A stretch of DNA of 64,000 bases from Lichenihabitans sp. (GTDB lineage Bacteria; Pseudomonadota; Alphaproteobacteria; Rhizobiales; Beijerinckiaceae): assembly GCA_965214345.1 (NCBI GenBank), contig CBDCBJ010000005.1, forward strand, positions 11,744 through 75,743, read 5' to 3'. Every line of letters starts with the position of its first letter. Position 1 is the stretch's first letter. The notes below the pieces were generated by a model. The model had not been told where the DNA came from. It saw only the letters and a list, made by a program, of their open reading frames with translations, and ran no database searches. Made by a program: the position numbers and the translations under genes. Shown one piece after another: positions 48,455 to 57,682 of this stretch.

Positions 48455-48886
48455 CTACTCACCCCGCGCTGCGAAGTGAGCTGCGGCGATCCCCGCAAGG
48501 GCGCATGCCTCGTCATTGTCGGAGATGTCACCGGTGACCCCCACGGCCCCGAGCGTGACGCCATGCACATCCACGATGATCACGCCGCCTGCTGCGGGAA
48601 CGATGCCGAACGTCGTCAACGGGGCCAGTGCGTTCACAAACGCCGGCCGCTCGGCAGCCAAGTCGCCGATGCGTCTGCTCGACATCCCCATGGATAGGGC
48701 ACCGGCCGCCTTTGCATGCGCGATCTGAGGTCGGAGCGTCGATGCGCCGTCCTGGCGCTGCACCGCGATCACGTGCGAACCGGCGTCGATTACAGCGACG
48801 CAGAGAGGTTGAAGAGAAAGCTGCCTCCCCTTCTCGAAGGCTGCATTGATTATAGCGTTGGCGGCATCAAGCGTGAGGGTGGTCAT
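48455..48886 (-). CDS. GlcG/HbpS-like haem-binding protein (DUF336), second copy
   Basis: ORF trimmed to the ATG at 48886, overlapping the dadA-like stop (ATGA): MTTLTLDAANAIINAAFEKGRQLSLQPLCVAVIDAGSHVIAVQRQDGA...GVTGD. Confidence 0.8.
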   Translation of the reverse strand: MTTLTLDAANAIINAAFEKGRQLSLQPLCVAVIDAGSHVIAVQRQDGASTLRPQIAHAKAAGALSMGMSSRRIGDLAAERPAFVNALAPLTTFGIVPAAGGVIIVDVHGVTLGAVGVTGDISDNDEACALAGIAAAHFAARGE

Positions 48887-50118
48887 TGCGCATCCTTGCC
48901 CACCGCCGCGGTGATGAACTCGGCGGCGAGTTCCGCGGTCGCGGCGGACAGCGTCCATCCTAGGTGGCCGTGGCCGGTGTTATAGAAGACGCGGTCGCGG
49001 CGGCCGCGCCCGACCCGCGGCAGCATCGAGGGCGTCATCGGCCGCAGTCCGGCCCATGGCACGACGGAGGCTGTCGACATCGCGGGGAAGAGGCGCTCGC
49101 ACCACTCGACCAGCGGCCTTATGCGATCCGCTCTGATGTCCCGGCTGTGACCGTTGAACTCGGCCGTTCCCGCGACACGGAACCGATCGGGGCCAAGCCG
49201 GCTCGTGACGATTTTAGCGCGCTCGTCGAGCAGGCTCACTTGCGGAGCCGCCTCCCGGTCGACGACCTCCGGCAGGTCTACCGTGATTGAGTATCCCTTG
49301 ACCGGATAGATGTTGATGCGGTCGCCGAGCGTCGCGGCGAAGCGGCGGCTCGCCACACCGGCGCACAGGAGTACTGCGTCAGCTTCGATCACCTCCTCCG
49401 TGGCGTCGCCGCGTCCGAGTGCGACCGCGACGCCGTTGCGGCCCAGGTTGATCGAAGACACGTCGGACCCCAGCAGCAACCTGGCGCCCCGGCGGACGCA
49501 AGAGGCTGCTAGGCCCTGCGTGAACTTGCGGATGTCCCCGCTGGCGTCCGACGGGGTAAAGAAGCCCCCGGTGAAGTTGCCGCGCAGCGCGGGTTCGATC
49601 GACCTGATCTGTTCCGGCGACACGGCGAAGCGCTCGAGCCCTCCCTCCACCAGCAGGGCGTTGGCGACGTGCGCCTGACGGAAGGAGCCGCGGTCGTGAT
49701 AGATGTGGAGGATCCCCCGCCGCTCCAGGTCGAAGTCGATGCTTTCCGTCTCCGCAATAGCGAACAGATGGCGTCGTGCCTCGATCGCAAGTCGCGTTGT
49801 CTCGACCGTGTTGCCGCGGTAACGGCGCATCTGGGCGACGAACTCGCCCATCCACGAGTACTTGTGCCAGCTCGGCTTCGGGTTGAACAGCAGCGGCGCG
49901 CTCGACCGGAAGAGCCAGCGCATGCCCCGGGAGATCGTGCCCCAGTTGTTCCAGACTTCCGCGTTGCTCGCCGACAACTGTCCCCCGTTGGCGAACGAGG
50001 TCTCCATCGCCGGATATCGGTGCCGGTCCACTACGGTCACCGAGTGGCCCCTTTGGAGCAGCGCGTACGCACTGGTCACCCCTGTGACGCCGGCGCCGAC
50101 GATGGCGACGTGCGGCAC
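48883..50118 (-). CDS. FAD-dependent oxidoreductase, D-amino-acid dehydrogenase (DadA)-like
   Basis: ORF trimmed to the GTG at 50118 (GGGGAGG RBS): VPHVAIVGAGVTGVTSAYALLQRGHSVTVVDR...MRWLFRSSAPLLFNP..., a DadA-like N-terminus. Confidence 0.82.
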   Translation of the reverse strand: MPHVAIVGAGVTGVTSAYALLQRGHSVTVVDRHRYPAMETSFANGGQLSASNAEVWNNWGTISRGMRWLFRSSAPLLFNPKPSWHKYSWMGEFVAQMRRYRGNTVETTRLAIEARRHLFAIAETESIDFDLERRGILHIYHDRGSFRQAHVANALLVEGGLERFAVSPEQIRSIEPALRGNFTGGFFTPSDASGDIRKFTQGLAASCVRRGARLLLGSDVSSINLGRNGVAVALGRGDATEEVIEADAVLLCAGVASRRFAATLGDRINIYPVKGYSITVDLPEVVDREAAPQVSLLDERAKIVTSRLGPDRFRVAGTAEFNGHSRDIRADRIRPLVEWCERLFPAMSTASVVPWAGLRPMTPSMLPRVGRGRRDRVFYNTGHGHLGWTLSAATAELAAEFITAAVGKDAQ

Positions 50119-50119
50119 G

Positions 50120-51310
50120 CTAGGCCTCCCCGTCTGCGAGGACTGCACGCCGCGCGTCCACGAAGGCGGCCACGCAGCTCTCAACGTCCGCGGTCGTGTG
50201 TACGGCGGACAGCTGCACCCGGACGCGAGCTTGCCCCTTGGGAACGATCGGGTAGCTGAAGGAGGTCACGAGCACGCCGCGATCGAGCACGCCCGCCGCG
50301 ATCCGATTGGCGATTGTCGCCTCCCCGAACATGACCGGCACGATGGGGTGTTCGCCCGGCAGCAGATCAAACCCCTCCGCGGCCATGCGCTCGCGGAACC
50401 TGGCGGCGTTGGCGTGGAGGCGGCGTCGCTCCTCGGAGCTCGATGCCACGAGACCGAGCGCCGCGAGCGACGCTGCGACGATGGGCGGGGGAAGGCTGTT
50501 GGAAAAGACGTACGGCCGCGAGCGCTGCCGTAGCAGCGCCACGATCTCCGACCGGCCGCCGATGTAGCCGCCCGAGGCCCCGCCGAGCGCCTTGCCCAGG
50601 GTGCCGGACACGATGTCGACCCGGTCCCGGACCCCCGCCGCCTCTGGAGTTCCGGCGCCCGTGGAGCCGATAAATCCGGCGGCGTGGGAATCGTCGACCA
50701 TGACCATCGCGCCGAAGCGTTCGGCCAAGGCGCAGATCGCGGAGAGGGGTGCCACGCTGCCGTCCATGGAGAAGACGCCGTCCGTGACAATCAGGCGCCG
50801 ACGTGCGCCGGCGGCCGCCTCGAGCCGTGCCTCGAGTTCCTCCATGTCGCGGTTGCGGTAGCGATGCCGCGCGGCCTTGCAGAGCCGAATCCCGTCGATG
50901 ATGGAGGCGTGGTTGAGCTCGTCGCTGATCACCGCGTCCCGCTCATCGAGGAGCACCTCGAATACGCCGCCGTTCGCGTCGAAGCAGGACGAGTAAAGGA
51001 TCGCGGCTTCGGTACCAAGGAATCCGGCTAGGGCCGCTTCCAACTCAATGTGCTGCGACTGCGTACCGCAGATGGAGCGAACGCTAGCCATGCCGAACCC
51101 CCAGCGATCCAGTGCCTTCTTGGCGGCGGCGACGATGGTGGGATGGTTGGACAGCCCAAGGTAGTTGTTCGAGCAGAAGTTCAGGATCGGCTCGCAGCCC
51201 ACCTCCACGCGGCCGCCCTGCGCCGAAGCGACGACCGCCTCGCGCTTGTATGCTCCGGCACGAGCGATCGTCTCAAGCTCCCCGGAAAGCTCTTCCTGCA
51301 GTCCGAACAT
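50120..51310 (-). CDS. kbl: Alpha-oxoamine synthase family PLP enzyme, glycine C-acetyltransferase (2-amino-3-ketobutyrate CoA ligase)-like
   Basis: ORF trimmed to the ATG at 51310, overlapping the upstream stop (ATGA). Strings [48 protein letters not shown] (PLP lysine). Confidence 0.85.
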   Translation of the reverse strand: MFGLQEELSGELETIARAGAYKREAVVASAQGGRVEVGCEPILNFCSNNYLGLSNHPTIVAAAKKALDRWGFGMASVRSICGTQSQHIELEAALAGFLGTEAAILYSSCFDANGGVFEVLLDERDAVISDELNHASIIDGIRLCKAARHRYRNRDMEELEARLEAAAGARRRLIVTDGVFSMDGSVAPLSAICALAERFGAMVMVDDSHAAGFIGSTGAGTPEAAGVRDRVDIVSGTLGKALGGASGGYIGGRSEIVALLRQRSRPYVFSNSLPPPIVAASLAALGLVASSSEERRRLHANAARFRERMAAEGFDLLPGEHPIVPVMFGEATIANRIAAGVLDRGVLVTSFSYPIVPKGQARVRVQLSAVHTTADVESCVAAFVDARRAVLADGEA

Positions 51311-52227
51311 CAGCAACGTTGTCCTGCCGGGAGGAGGGTGCGCGCGCCGTCCGTCTGCGCGTGCGCCAGCACGTGCTCCGCGATTTGCTGCCTGGTAGCG
51401 ATCCAGACATCGTCGCTGGCGATCTGTACTTGGGCCAGGATCTGGTCGAACATGTCCGCAAGGAATGGACGGCCGCCCACATGGGCGTGGACCGTCACGT
51501 TCAAAATGCCGGGCGCAGAGCAGCGCCGCAGGTAGTCGAGCAGGTCGACGTGGACATCGCGATAAGCGCGGGGACCCGCCAGCGCGCCGCGCACGTCGGT
51601 GAAGTCGCTGTGCATCAGGCAGACAAGCGGCCCCGACCTGGTCTGGCGTACGTATGGCAACTCGCGATCGTTGTAGTCGCCCGTCCAGGTGAAGCCCGCG
51701 GAGGCCAGGAGGTCGGGCGTTTTCGCAGTACCCGTCGCCCGTGGACTCATCCAGCCGGTCGGGCGCCGGCCCGTGAGCCCTTCGAAGCGGTCCGCGCAAC
51801 GAAGGATGTTCTCGCGCTCCGCTTGCTCGTCGAGGAACGCCGGGATGACGTCCTGCGCCCAGGAGTGGGCGGCGATCTCGTGGCCTCCGGCGTGCGCCGC
51901 GCGAAGCGCGTCCGGGAATCGGTCGGCAACCAGCCCGCTGATCCCGAAGGTCGCCGGCATGCAGCGGGACTCAAGTATGTCGAGCAGCCTGTATACCCCC
52001 GTCGTGGCGCCGTACTCGGACCAGGACACGCTGTGGACGCAGTCCGCGCCTGGCAGAGGCCATGACCCGGCCATGGGCGCGTAGACGGGCCATTTCCCGT
52101 CCGACCACAGCTCCACTGCCACCGTGAGCATCACGGCTATCTTCCGGTCACGCGGCCACGTCGTCAGCACAGTGTTCAATCCCAATCCTCGACCGACGGT
52201 CCCCACTGATTGCGGTCGCCCGGCCAA
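51310..52227 (-). CDS. Polysaccharide deacetylase / PuuE-like (carbohydrate esterase 4 fold) family protein
   Basis: 305-aa ORF with [27 protein letters not shown] and a C-terminal ...[12 protein letters not shown], the pattern of PuuE/allantoinase-like deacetylase homologues. The start is uncertain: the track start is a TTG, and GTG/TTG alternatives lie near 52160-52180. Confidence 0.72.
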   Translation of the reverse strand: MAGRPQSVGTVGRGLGLNTVLTTWPRDRKIAVMLTVAVELWSDGKWPVYAPMAGSWPLPGADCVHSVSWSEYGATTGVYRLLDILESRCMPATFGISGLVADRFPDALRAAHAGGHEIAAHSWAQDVIPAFLDEQAERENILRCADRFEGLTGRRPTGWMSPRATGTAKTPDLLASAGFTWTGDYNDRELPYVRQTRSGPLVCLMHSDFTDVRGALAGPRAYRDVHVDLLDYLRRCSAPGILNVTVHAHVGGRPFLADMFDQILAQVQIASDDVWIATRQQIAEHVLAHAQTDGARTLLPAGQRC

Positions 52228-52291
52228 GGCAACCTAGTCGGGTCCCCTGGTTTCGGTTAGATCGTGGCGGTGGATAGGATTGTGCTGACTT

Positions 52292-53206
52292 ATGGATAAA
52301 TCGGATGTCACGCTCGAGCGACTGCGCAGCTTCGTGCGCGTCGCGGAGCGCGGCAGCCTGTCGGCTGTGGCGCGCGAGTTCGGCGTGGGCCAATCCACGA
52401 TAACGCGGCACCTTCGCGAGCTGGAGGACTCGCTCGGGGTGGCCCTGCTCAGCCGGACGACCAGGAGCGTCTCCCTAACGGACGAGGGGCGGCGCTATCA
52501 TGCCAACGTGATAGAGATCCTCCGGCTCCTCGACGAGGCGAACGACGAGATCCGCGGCGATCGCGAGGCGTCGTCCGGTATCATCCGCGTCTCGTGTTCC
52601 GCCTTCTTCGGGATGATGCACCTTTGCCGCCTAATATTCGCCTTCCAGGACAGGTATCCGGAGATCAATGTCGATCTGGTGCTGACAGACGAGCGCCTCG
52701 ACCTCGTTCGCGATGGCGTGGACATTGCGATCCAGATCGGTCATCTGGTCGACAGCGAGATGAAGCTCAAGCCGCTGGGCGATGCTCGTCCGATGATGGT
52801 CGCGTCTCCCGAGTATATCGCACGTCACGGCCGCCCGCTCCGCCCGGAGGACCTCTCCACGCACGAGGTGATCCGCAAGACTAACGTCGCCAGGAGCAAC
52901 CAACTGTCGTTCACGGACTCGGTCGGACAGGTTCATGTCGCGACCTTCGAGGCGCGGTTCCGCGTCGATCACGGCCTGGCCTCTCGCGAGGCGCTGATCG
53001 CCGGCCGCGGCATCGCCCCCGTGCCGCGCTGGCTGGTCGACGACCTGCTCATGGACGGGCGGCTGGAGGTCCTCCTACCGGACTACTTGCTTCCGGCCAC
53101 TCCGCTCAACATGCTGCTCGTCCCGGAGCGCGCGAACGTCACGAGGGTGCGCCTGCTGAAGGACTTCTTGGCCGAAAACATCGGCACGATCCCGGGGGTT
53201 TCCTGA
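52292..53206 (+). CDS. LysR-family transcriptional regulator
   Basis: 304-aa ORF with N-terminal HTH (LERLRSFVRVAERGSLSAVAREFGVGQSTITRHLRELE). Divergent from the deacetylase operon. Confidence 0.9.
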   Translation: MDKSDVTLERLRSFVRVAERGSLSAVAREFGVGQSTITRHLRELEDSLGVALLSRTTRSVSLTDEGRRYHANVIEILRLLDEANDEIRGDREASSGIIRVSCSAFFGMMHLCRLIFAFQDRYPEINVDLVLTDERLDLVRDGVDIAIQIGHLVDSEMKLKPLGDARPMMVASPEYIARHGRPLRPEDLSTHEVIRKTNVARSNQLSFTDSVGQVHVATFEARFRVDHGLASREALIAGRGIAPVPRWLVDDLLMDGRLEVLLPDYLLPATPLNMLLVPERANVTRVRLLKDFLAENIGTIPGVS

Positions 53207-53248
53207 GTCCGCGCCCGCGTCCGCGGCGGGCGTGAGGGGCTGCCCCGA

Positions 53249-53935
53249 CTAAGAAGGGGAGGTGCCCCCATGCGCGAAGAGGTGGCGGTGGGCTTCCTCG
53301 TCGAATTCAGACTTGAACTGATGTCGTGTGACCAAGGCTTCGGCGCGGGCCGCCGCCGGTCTCGCGTCGATTCCCTCGATCAGGCGCTGGGCGTTCGGGA
53401 ATTCGTCCCATGCCTTCTCCCCGAAGAGGATGGGGATTGATCGTTTCCAGCCCCAGAGGGACATGTCGGCTATGGAATACTCGTCTCCCGCCAGATACGG
53501 GTGCTTGGCAAGCTGCGCATCGAGAAGGCTCCAGTGCCGCCTCGCCTCGTAGCCGTAGCGCCTGATGCCATACTCGCGGGGCTCCGGCGCGTACCGCATG
53601 AAGTGCATCAGCTGGCCGCAGAAGGGGCCGAGGCCTGTGGCGATCAGCATCAGCCAGGAAAGCGTCTCCGCGTGCTCCGGCGATCCGTCCGGCGCGAGGA
53701 ACCGGCCAGTTTTCCGCGCCAGGTGGATGAGGATGGCGGTTGAGTCGAACACGCGCACGCCGTCGTCGACTATCGCGGGCATCTTGCCGTTTGGGTTAAC
53801 CGCCAGGAACGCCGGGGTCATCTGCTCGCCCTTGCGGCTGTCGATCGGCACGAACGAATACTCCAGACCGGTCTCCTCCAGGAGGAGGGCCACCTTCGCG
53901 GGGTTCGTGGAAGGGTAGTAATAGAACTCAATCAT
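53249..53935 (-). CDS. Glutathione S-transferase
   Basis: ORF trimmed to the ATG at 53935: MIEFYYYPSTNPAKVALLLEETGLEY...NPNGKMPAIVD...FDSTAILIHLA, a thioredoxin-like GST N-domain followed by a helical C-domain. Confidence 0.85.
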   Translation of the reverse strand: MIEFYYYPSTNPAKVALLLEETGLEYSFVPIDSRKGEQMTPAFLAVNPNGKMPAIVDDGVRVFDSTAILIHLARKTGRFLAPDGSPEHAETLSWLMLIATGLGPFCGQLMHFMRYAPEPREYGIRRYGYEARRHWSLLDAQLAKHPYLAGDEYSIADMSLWGWKRSIPILFGEKAWDEFPNAQRLIEGIDARPAAARAEALVTRHQFKSEFDEEAHRHLFAHGGTSPS

Positions 53936-54085
53936 CTGCTCACCCCTGCATGCCGCTTCGTTCGAGTGGAGGTCGGTGCGGAGGTTGTCGCCGATGCGAC
54001 CAGCACACCGGCGGACCCCTTTCCTCCCTAGGGTAGCTCTAGTCCCGCGCGTGGCGGCGATATCCATAGTCCTGTCGCGCCGAGG

Positions 54086-56578
54086 TCAGAACTTGATCCT
54101 GGCCTGAAAGGCGACGTTGATCGGCTGCTCCTTCTGCTGAAGCAGACTGCCTAGGGAGAAGGGCTGCTCGGCAGAGAATGTTCGGATCACCGCGCTGGTC
54201 AGGTTCTTGCCGATGATGTCCAAACCCCACCTTCCATCCGGGCTGTCGAACGAGATGCGCGCGTCTAGGCGAGCATAGCCTGGCTGTAGCGTAAGCGGGT
54301 CAAGCGTTGAAAACGTTTGGTAAGATGACGAAAAAATGCCAGTCGCCTCGCCCGACAGACGGTAACCCCCTGCGGTGTGTGCGGTCGCAATCGCGGAGAC
54401 GGTGCCGCTCCACTCGGGCGCGAAGGGAGTGCGTTTGCCGGCGAGCGACTGAACAGACTGGCCGGCGAGGCGTTGCGCTGCCGTCGGCCCGGCGTTGTCG
54501 TAGCTTAGATACTTTGAGTCGAGATAGGATCCGGAACCCACCAGCTTAAAAGCTGGACTAATTATCCATTGTCCCTCGATCTCGACACCTTGGGACCGGG
54601 ACTGCGCGGCGTTGCGGACGAAGTTGACGAAACCTCCGGAAGCGTTCTGACCCTGCACCGATACCTGGAGATCGGAAAAGTTATTACGAAATACGGCGAG
54701 ATCGACCAGCAGTGTGCGATTGAAAAGCTCGCTTTTCAGGCCGGCCTCGTACGCGTTCACATGTTCCGGGTTGAAGCCGTAATCACTCGGCACCGCAGAG
54801 ACAGCGCCGACGCTGAAACCGCCCGCCTTGAAGCCGCGTGTGAAGCTCGCATAGGCCATAGTGTCGGGCGCGATCTGGTACTGGACGCGCGCCCCCGGCA
54901 TAAGTGCGCGGTCACTGCGGTTCAGCGCCACCGTCCCGGCATTTCCGAGGCCGAGTAGACCGGCCGGGCCTTGCAGCGCCGTAGGAAGAGGCGACGTCCC
55001 GCCGTACTCCTGTGTCGCAGTGCCGTAAAAGAGCGCCCAATTGAAATCCTTGTCGACGATGCTTCCCCGAAGTGTTCCGGTCAACTTGAGTTTGTCTGTG
55101 GCGTTCCACGTGAAAGCGCCAAAGGCCGAGTAGACCTTCTCCCCAATGCGTGCGTTGATCTGTTGTGATAACGGGGCGTACGAGGCGAATGGAGACCCGG
55201 CCAAGAGGGGCGTCAGGACGAAGTAGTTGATCTGTTGCAACGCACGTAGCGTGTCGCTCTGGAAATATAGCCCAGCTATGTATTCAAAGCGCCGGCCGGA
55301 TTGAGACGCGAGCCGAAGCTCTTGGCTGAACTGACGGTAGCGCTCTGGAGCCCGGGTGGTGACCAGATCAAGCGGTGTGCCGTCCGGATCAAGGTCGAAG
55401 GCGGTATGATAGCTATTGACCCCGGTCACCGAGGTGAGCGTACTCCCGCCAAAGTCATAGCTGGCGGTGAGAACGGCCTCCTGCGTACTAAGGCTCGTAT
55501 AGCTTCCATTAGACGAGAAACTATTGTTCTTTAGCCCTGTGGGGTTCCCCGCCGCCAGATCCAACGCACAAAAACCGCTCGCTACGAAAGGTGGTGGTGG
55601 TGGGCAGCTCGTGGTTTGCAGGTACAGGCCGCCTTCGTTTCGTGTGCGCCCGATTTCGCCCTTCAAGATTATGTCGAGCCTGTCCGTTGGCGTCCACCGC
55701 GCCGTCGCGCGGCCAGCGAGAGCTGATACCTTAGGCCGGTTGTCGCGGAAATTGGTATCGTAAAGCCAGCCCTCTTGGCCGTTGTAGGTTCCCGCGACTC
55801 GCACCCCGAAGGTGTCGCTGAGCGGGATCGTGACCCCGCCTTCGAGCGCGTACTGGCCACCATTCGTGCCCGTGTCGGGCGAGATCAGCGCGCGTGCCCA
55901 GCCGTCGAGGTCCTTGCCCGGCTTTTCGGTGACAATGTTGAAGGCGCCCGCGATGGCGTTGTTGCCAAAGTAAGTCGTCTGGGGACCCTTCAGGATTTCC
56001 ACGTGGTCAAGATCGAGGAATGTTGCGGCGCTACCCCGCGATCGGCCATGATAGATATCGTCGATGAACGTGCCGACCGACTGGTCGAAGGATTGGCTGT
56101 CGCCTGATCCCGTGCCCCGGACATAGATGGCGTTGGACCGCAGGCCGTTCGACACCCGGATCGACGGGTTCACCGATCCGATGTCGTTGAGCGATGTGAG
56201 GTTCTTCTGCGCCAGGGCGGGCGCGCCCACCACTTCGGCCGAGATTGGCACCCGCTGGAGGTTCTCGGACCGTCGCTGCGCCGTCACGACGATGTCGCTG
56301 ATCTGGCCTGAGATGTCGGTTCGCGAGGTGGCGTCTCCACTGGACGCGCCGTTATCGGACGAGGTGGAAATCTGCGCGGCCGGCTCGTCAGTCGGCACCG
56401 CGGCCGTCGAGCCACTCTGCTGACCGGAGGCGGGCGGGACCGGATCGGAAGTACCGGACTGAGTCGTTTGCCCGAAGGCGCTCGCGGGCAAGAGCAACAT
56501 CGCAGCCCCGCACATAAGGGCGCGGCGACATCCTAGCGCCATGGGCTCAGTCCCCTTTGACCAAATCGAAAAGATCAC
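54086..56578 (-). CDS. TonB-dependent outer-membrane receptor
   Basis: 830-aa ORF. Signal peptide (MALGCRRALMCGAAMLLLPASAFGQ, probable true start about 36 nt inside the track start), plug motifs (IVVTAQRRSENLQRVPISA, VEILKGPQTTYFGNNAIAGAFNI) and a terminal ...ARIKF. Confidence 0.9.
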   Translation of the reverse strand: MIFSIWSKGTEPMALGCRRALMCGAAMLLLPASAFGQTTQSGTSDPVPPASGQQSGSTAAVPTDEPAAQISTSSDNGASSGDATSRTDISGQISDIVVTAQRRSENLQRVPISAEVVGAPALAQKNLTSLNDIGSVNPSIRVSNGLRSNAIYVRGTGSGDSQSFDQSVGTFIDDIYHGRSRGSAATFLDLDHVEILKGPQTTYFGNNAIAGAFNIVTEKPGKDLDGWARALISPDTGTNGGQYALEGGVTIPLSDTFGVRVAGTYNGQEGWLYDTNFRDNRPKVSALAGRATARWTPTDRLDIILKGEIGRTRNEGGLYLQTTSCPPPPPFVASGFCALDLAAGNPTGLKNNSFSSNGSYTSLSTQEAVLTASYDFGGSTLTSVTGVNSYHTAFDLDPDGTPLDLVTTRAPERYRQFSQELRLASQSGRRFEYIAGLYFQSDTLRALQQINYFVLTPLLAGSPFASYAPLSQQINARIGEKVYSAFGAFTWNATDKLKLTGTLRGSIVDKDFNWALFYGTATQEYGGTSPLPTALQGPAGLLGLGNAGTVALNRSDRALMPGARVQYQIAPDTMAYASFTRGFKAGGFSVGAVSAVPSDYGFNPEHVNAYEAGLKSELFNRTLLVDLAVFRNNFSDLQVSVQGQNASGGFVNFVRNAAQSRSQGVEIEGQWIISPAFKLVGSGSYLDSKYLSYDNAGPTAAQRLAGQSVQSLAGKRTPFAPEWSGTVSAIATAHTAGGYRLSGEATGIFSSSYQTFSTLDPLTLQPGYARLDARISFDSPDGRWGLDIIGKNLTSAVIRTFSAEQPFSLGSLLQQKEQPINVAFQARIKF

Positions 56579-56950
56579 TGTCCCCTCCCTCTTCTCTTCT
56601 TGATTACTCCCCGCTTGGCTTCGGCGCGTTTAAGACAGATAAGCGAACGTTATCACGAGAAGATGATAATTTCTTGACGGCTGACAACTTAACTTAACTG
56701 CGCTTATGATTTCGCTCTTGCTACCTTGCGAGGATGTTCATCAGGGTGTAACATCGCTCCCTGTCAGCATGTTGTCCATCACGCTTACAGTGATCGGGGC
56801 GGATAGGACTTATCCCTATATCGGCATAAGCGACTGGTTGGTGCAGACGTCCTTCCCACAGTGCTCAAATGACGCGGCAACTGCCGCCGGCAGGACCAGA
56901 GCCGCATTGCAAATCATTCCTCAAATAATAGATCGATCATACGGTCTTTG

Positions 56951-57416
56951 TTAAAGGTGGCATGTCGATGGCGATAGACGAAGCGCGCGCAACGCGGAAC
57001 GCGCGGGACCCGAGCCGCGACTGGCGCTGCGTCGCGCCAAATCGAGAACCATTTCGGCTACCGCCTCGAGGCTCGGAGCGCCCTTCGAGTCAAACCAGGT
57101 GTGTGTCCAGTTGATCATACCGAGCACCAGCACTGTCTGTACACGGGCGCGCGCAGGGTCGCTCCCCAGAGCCGGGTGGGAGCGCCACTATCATCCTTTG
57201 GACGGCATCGATGATGCGTCGTTGCTCCTGTACGATCGCGCGGCGTTTGTCCGGCGGCAAGCTATTAAGCGCGTGGGAGAGTACCTTTCGCCGGTCCGCA
57301 GCGCCCGCGTAATGCCTCATGAAACTGCGGATCAAGGCTTCTAATTGAGGCTGCGCTACCTTTGCCGACATTGCAACGGCGGCGACGTCGTCACCTAATT
57401 GTTCGACCATCGCCAT
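56951..57416 (-). pseudogene. Degenerate TetR-family regulator (C-terminal ligand domain split over two frames; HTH region decayed)
   Basis: ORFs 57090..57416 and 56951..57133 read ...FMAMVEQLGDD...LNSLPPDKRRAIVQEQRRIIDAVQRMIVALPP / ...VLVLGMINWTHTWFDSKGAPSLEAVAEMVLDL. The second string is a typical TetR C-terminal motif. The two pieces are in different frames, and only a corrupted HTH-like trace (...TEDV....G.SSLY...) is readable upstream. Confidence 0.35.
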
Positions 57417-57682
57417 AAAGCGAAAAGATCGTCTCCAAGGATAAAGAGACGATCCACCCGGCGGGCATGTGACATCCTCGGTTCGATGTCTGATTTATTC
57501 GTTTTCCAGCGCATTGCTATCCGCTCCATCGATATAATCCAAATCGCTCCGATCGGCTACCATCAGGCCGATGGACTGGGCACACGCGGTATAGACGAAA
57601 GCATTGAATTGGAAACTGCGCTAGGTCCCTAGCCGGTCGATCGGAGGGCGAACCCGATGACTATCTTCTAGACAAGGCCTGT

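Noticed and set aside
56511-56525. Apparent extra G (GGGG by my hand count) that would frameshift the signal-peptide region of the second TonB receptor
   Set aside because: The supplied ORF track reads straight through (…GCRRALMCGAAMLLL…), and the coordinates on both sides agree with the track. I treat this as my own counting error rather than a real frameshift.
56706-56954. 82-aa plus-strand ORF in the A/T-rich spacer
   Set aside because: It has no RBS and no recognisable family, and it lies in a region that otherwise reads as decayed sequence. It is probably non-coding.
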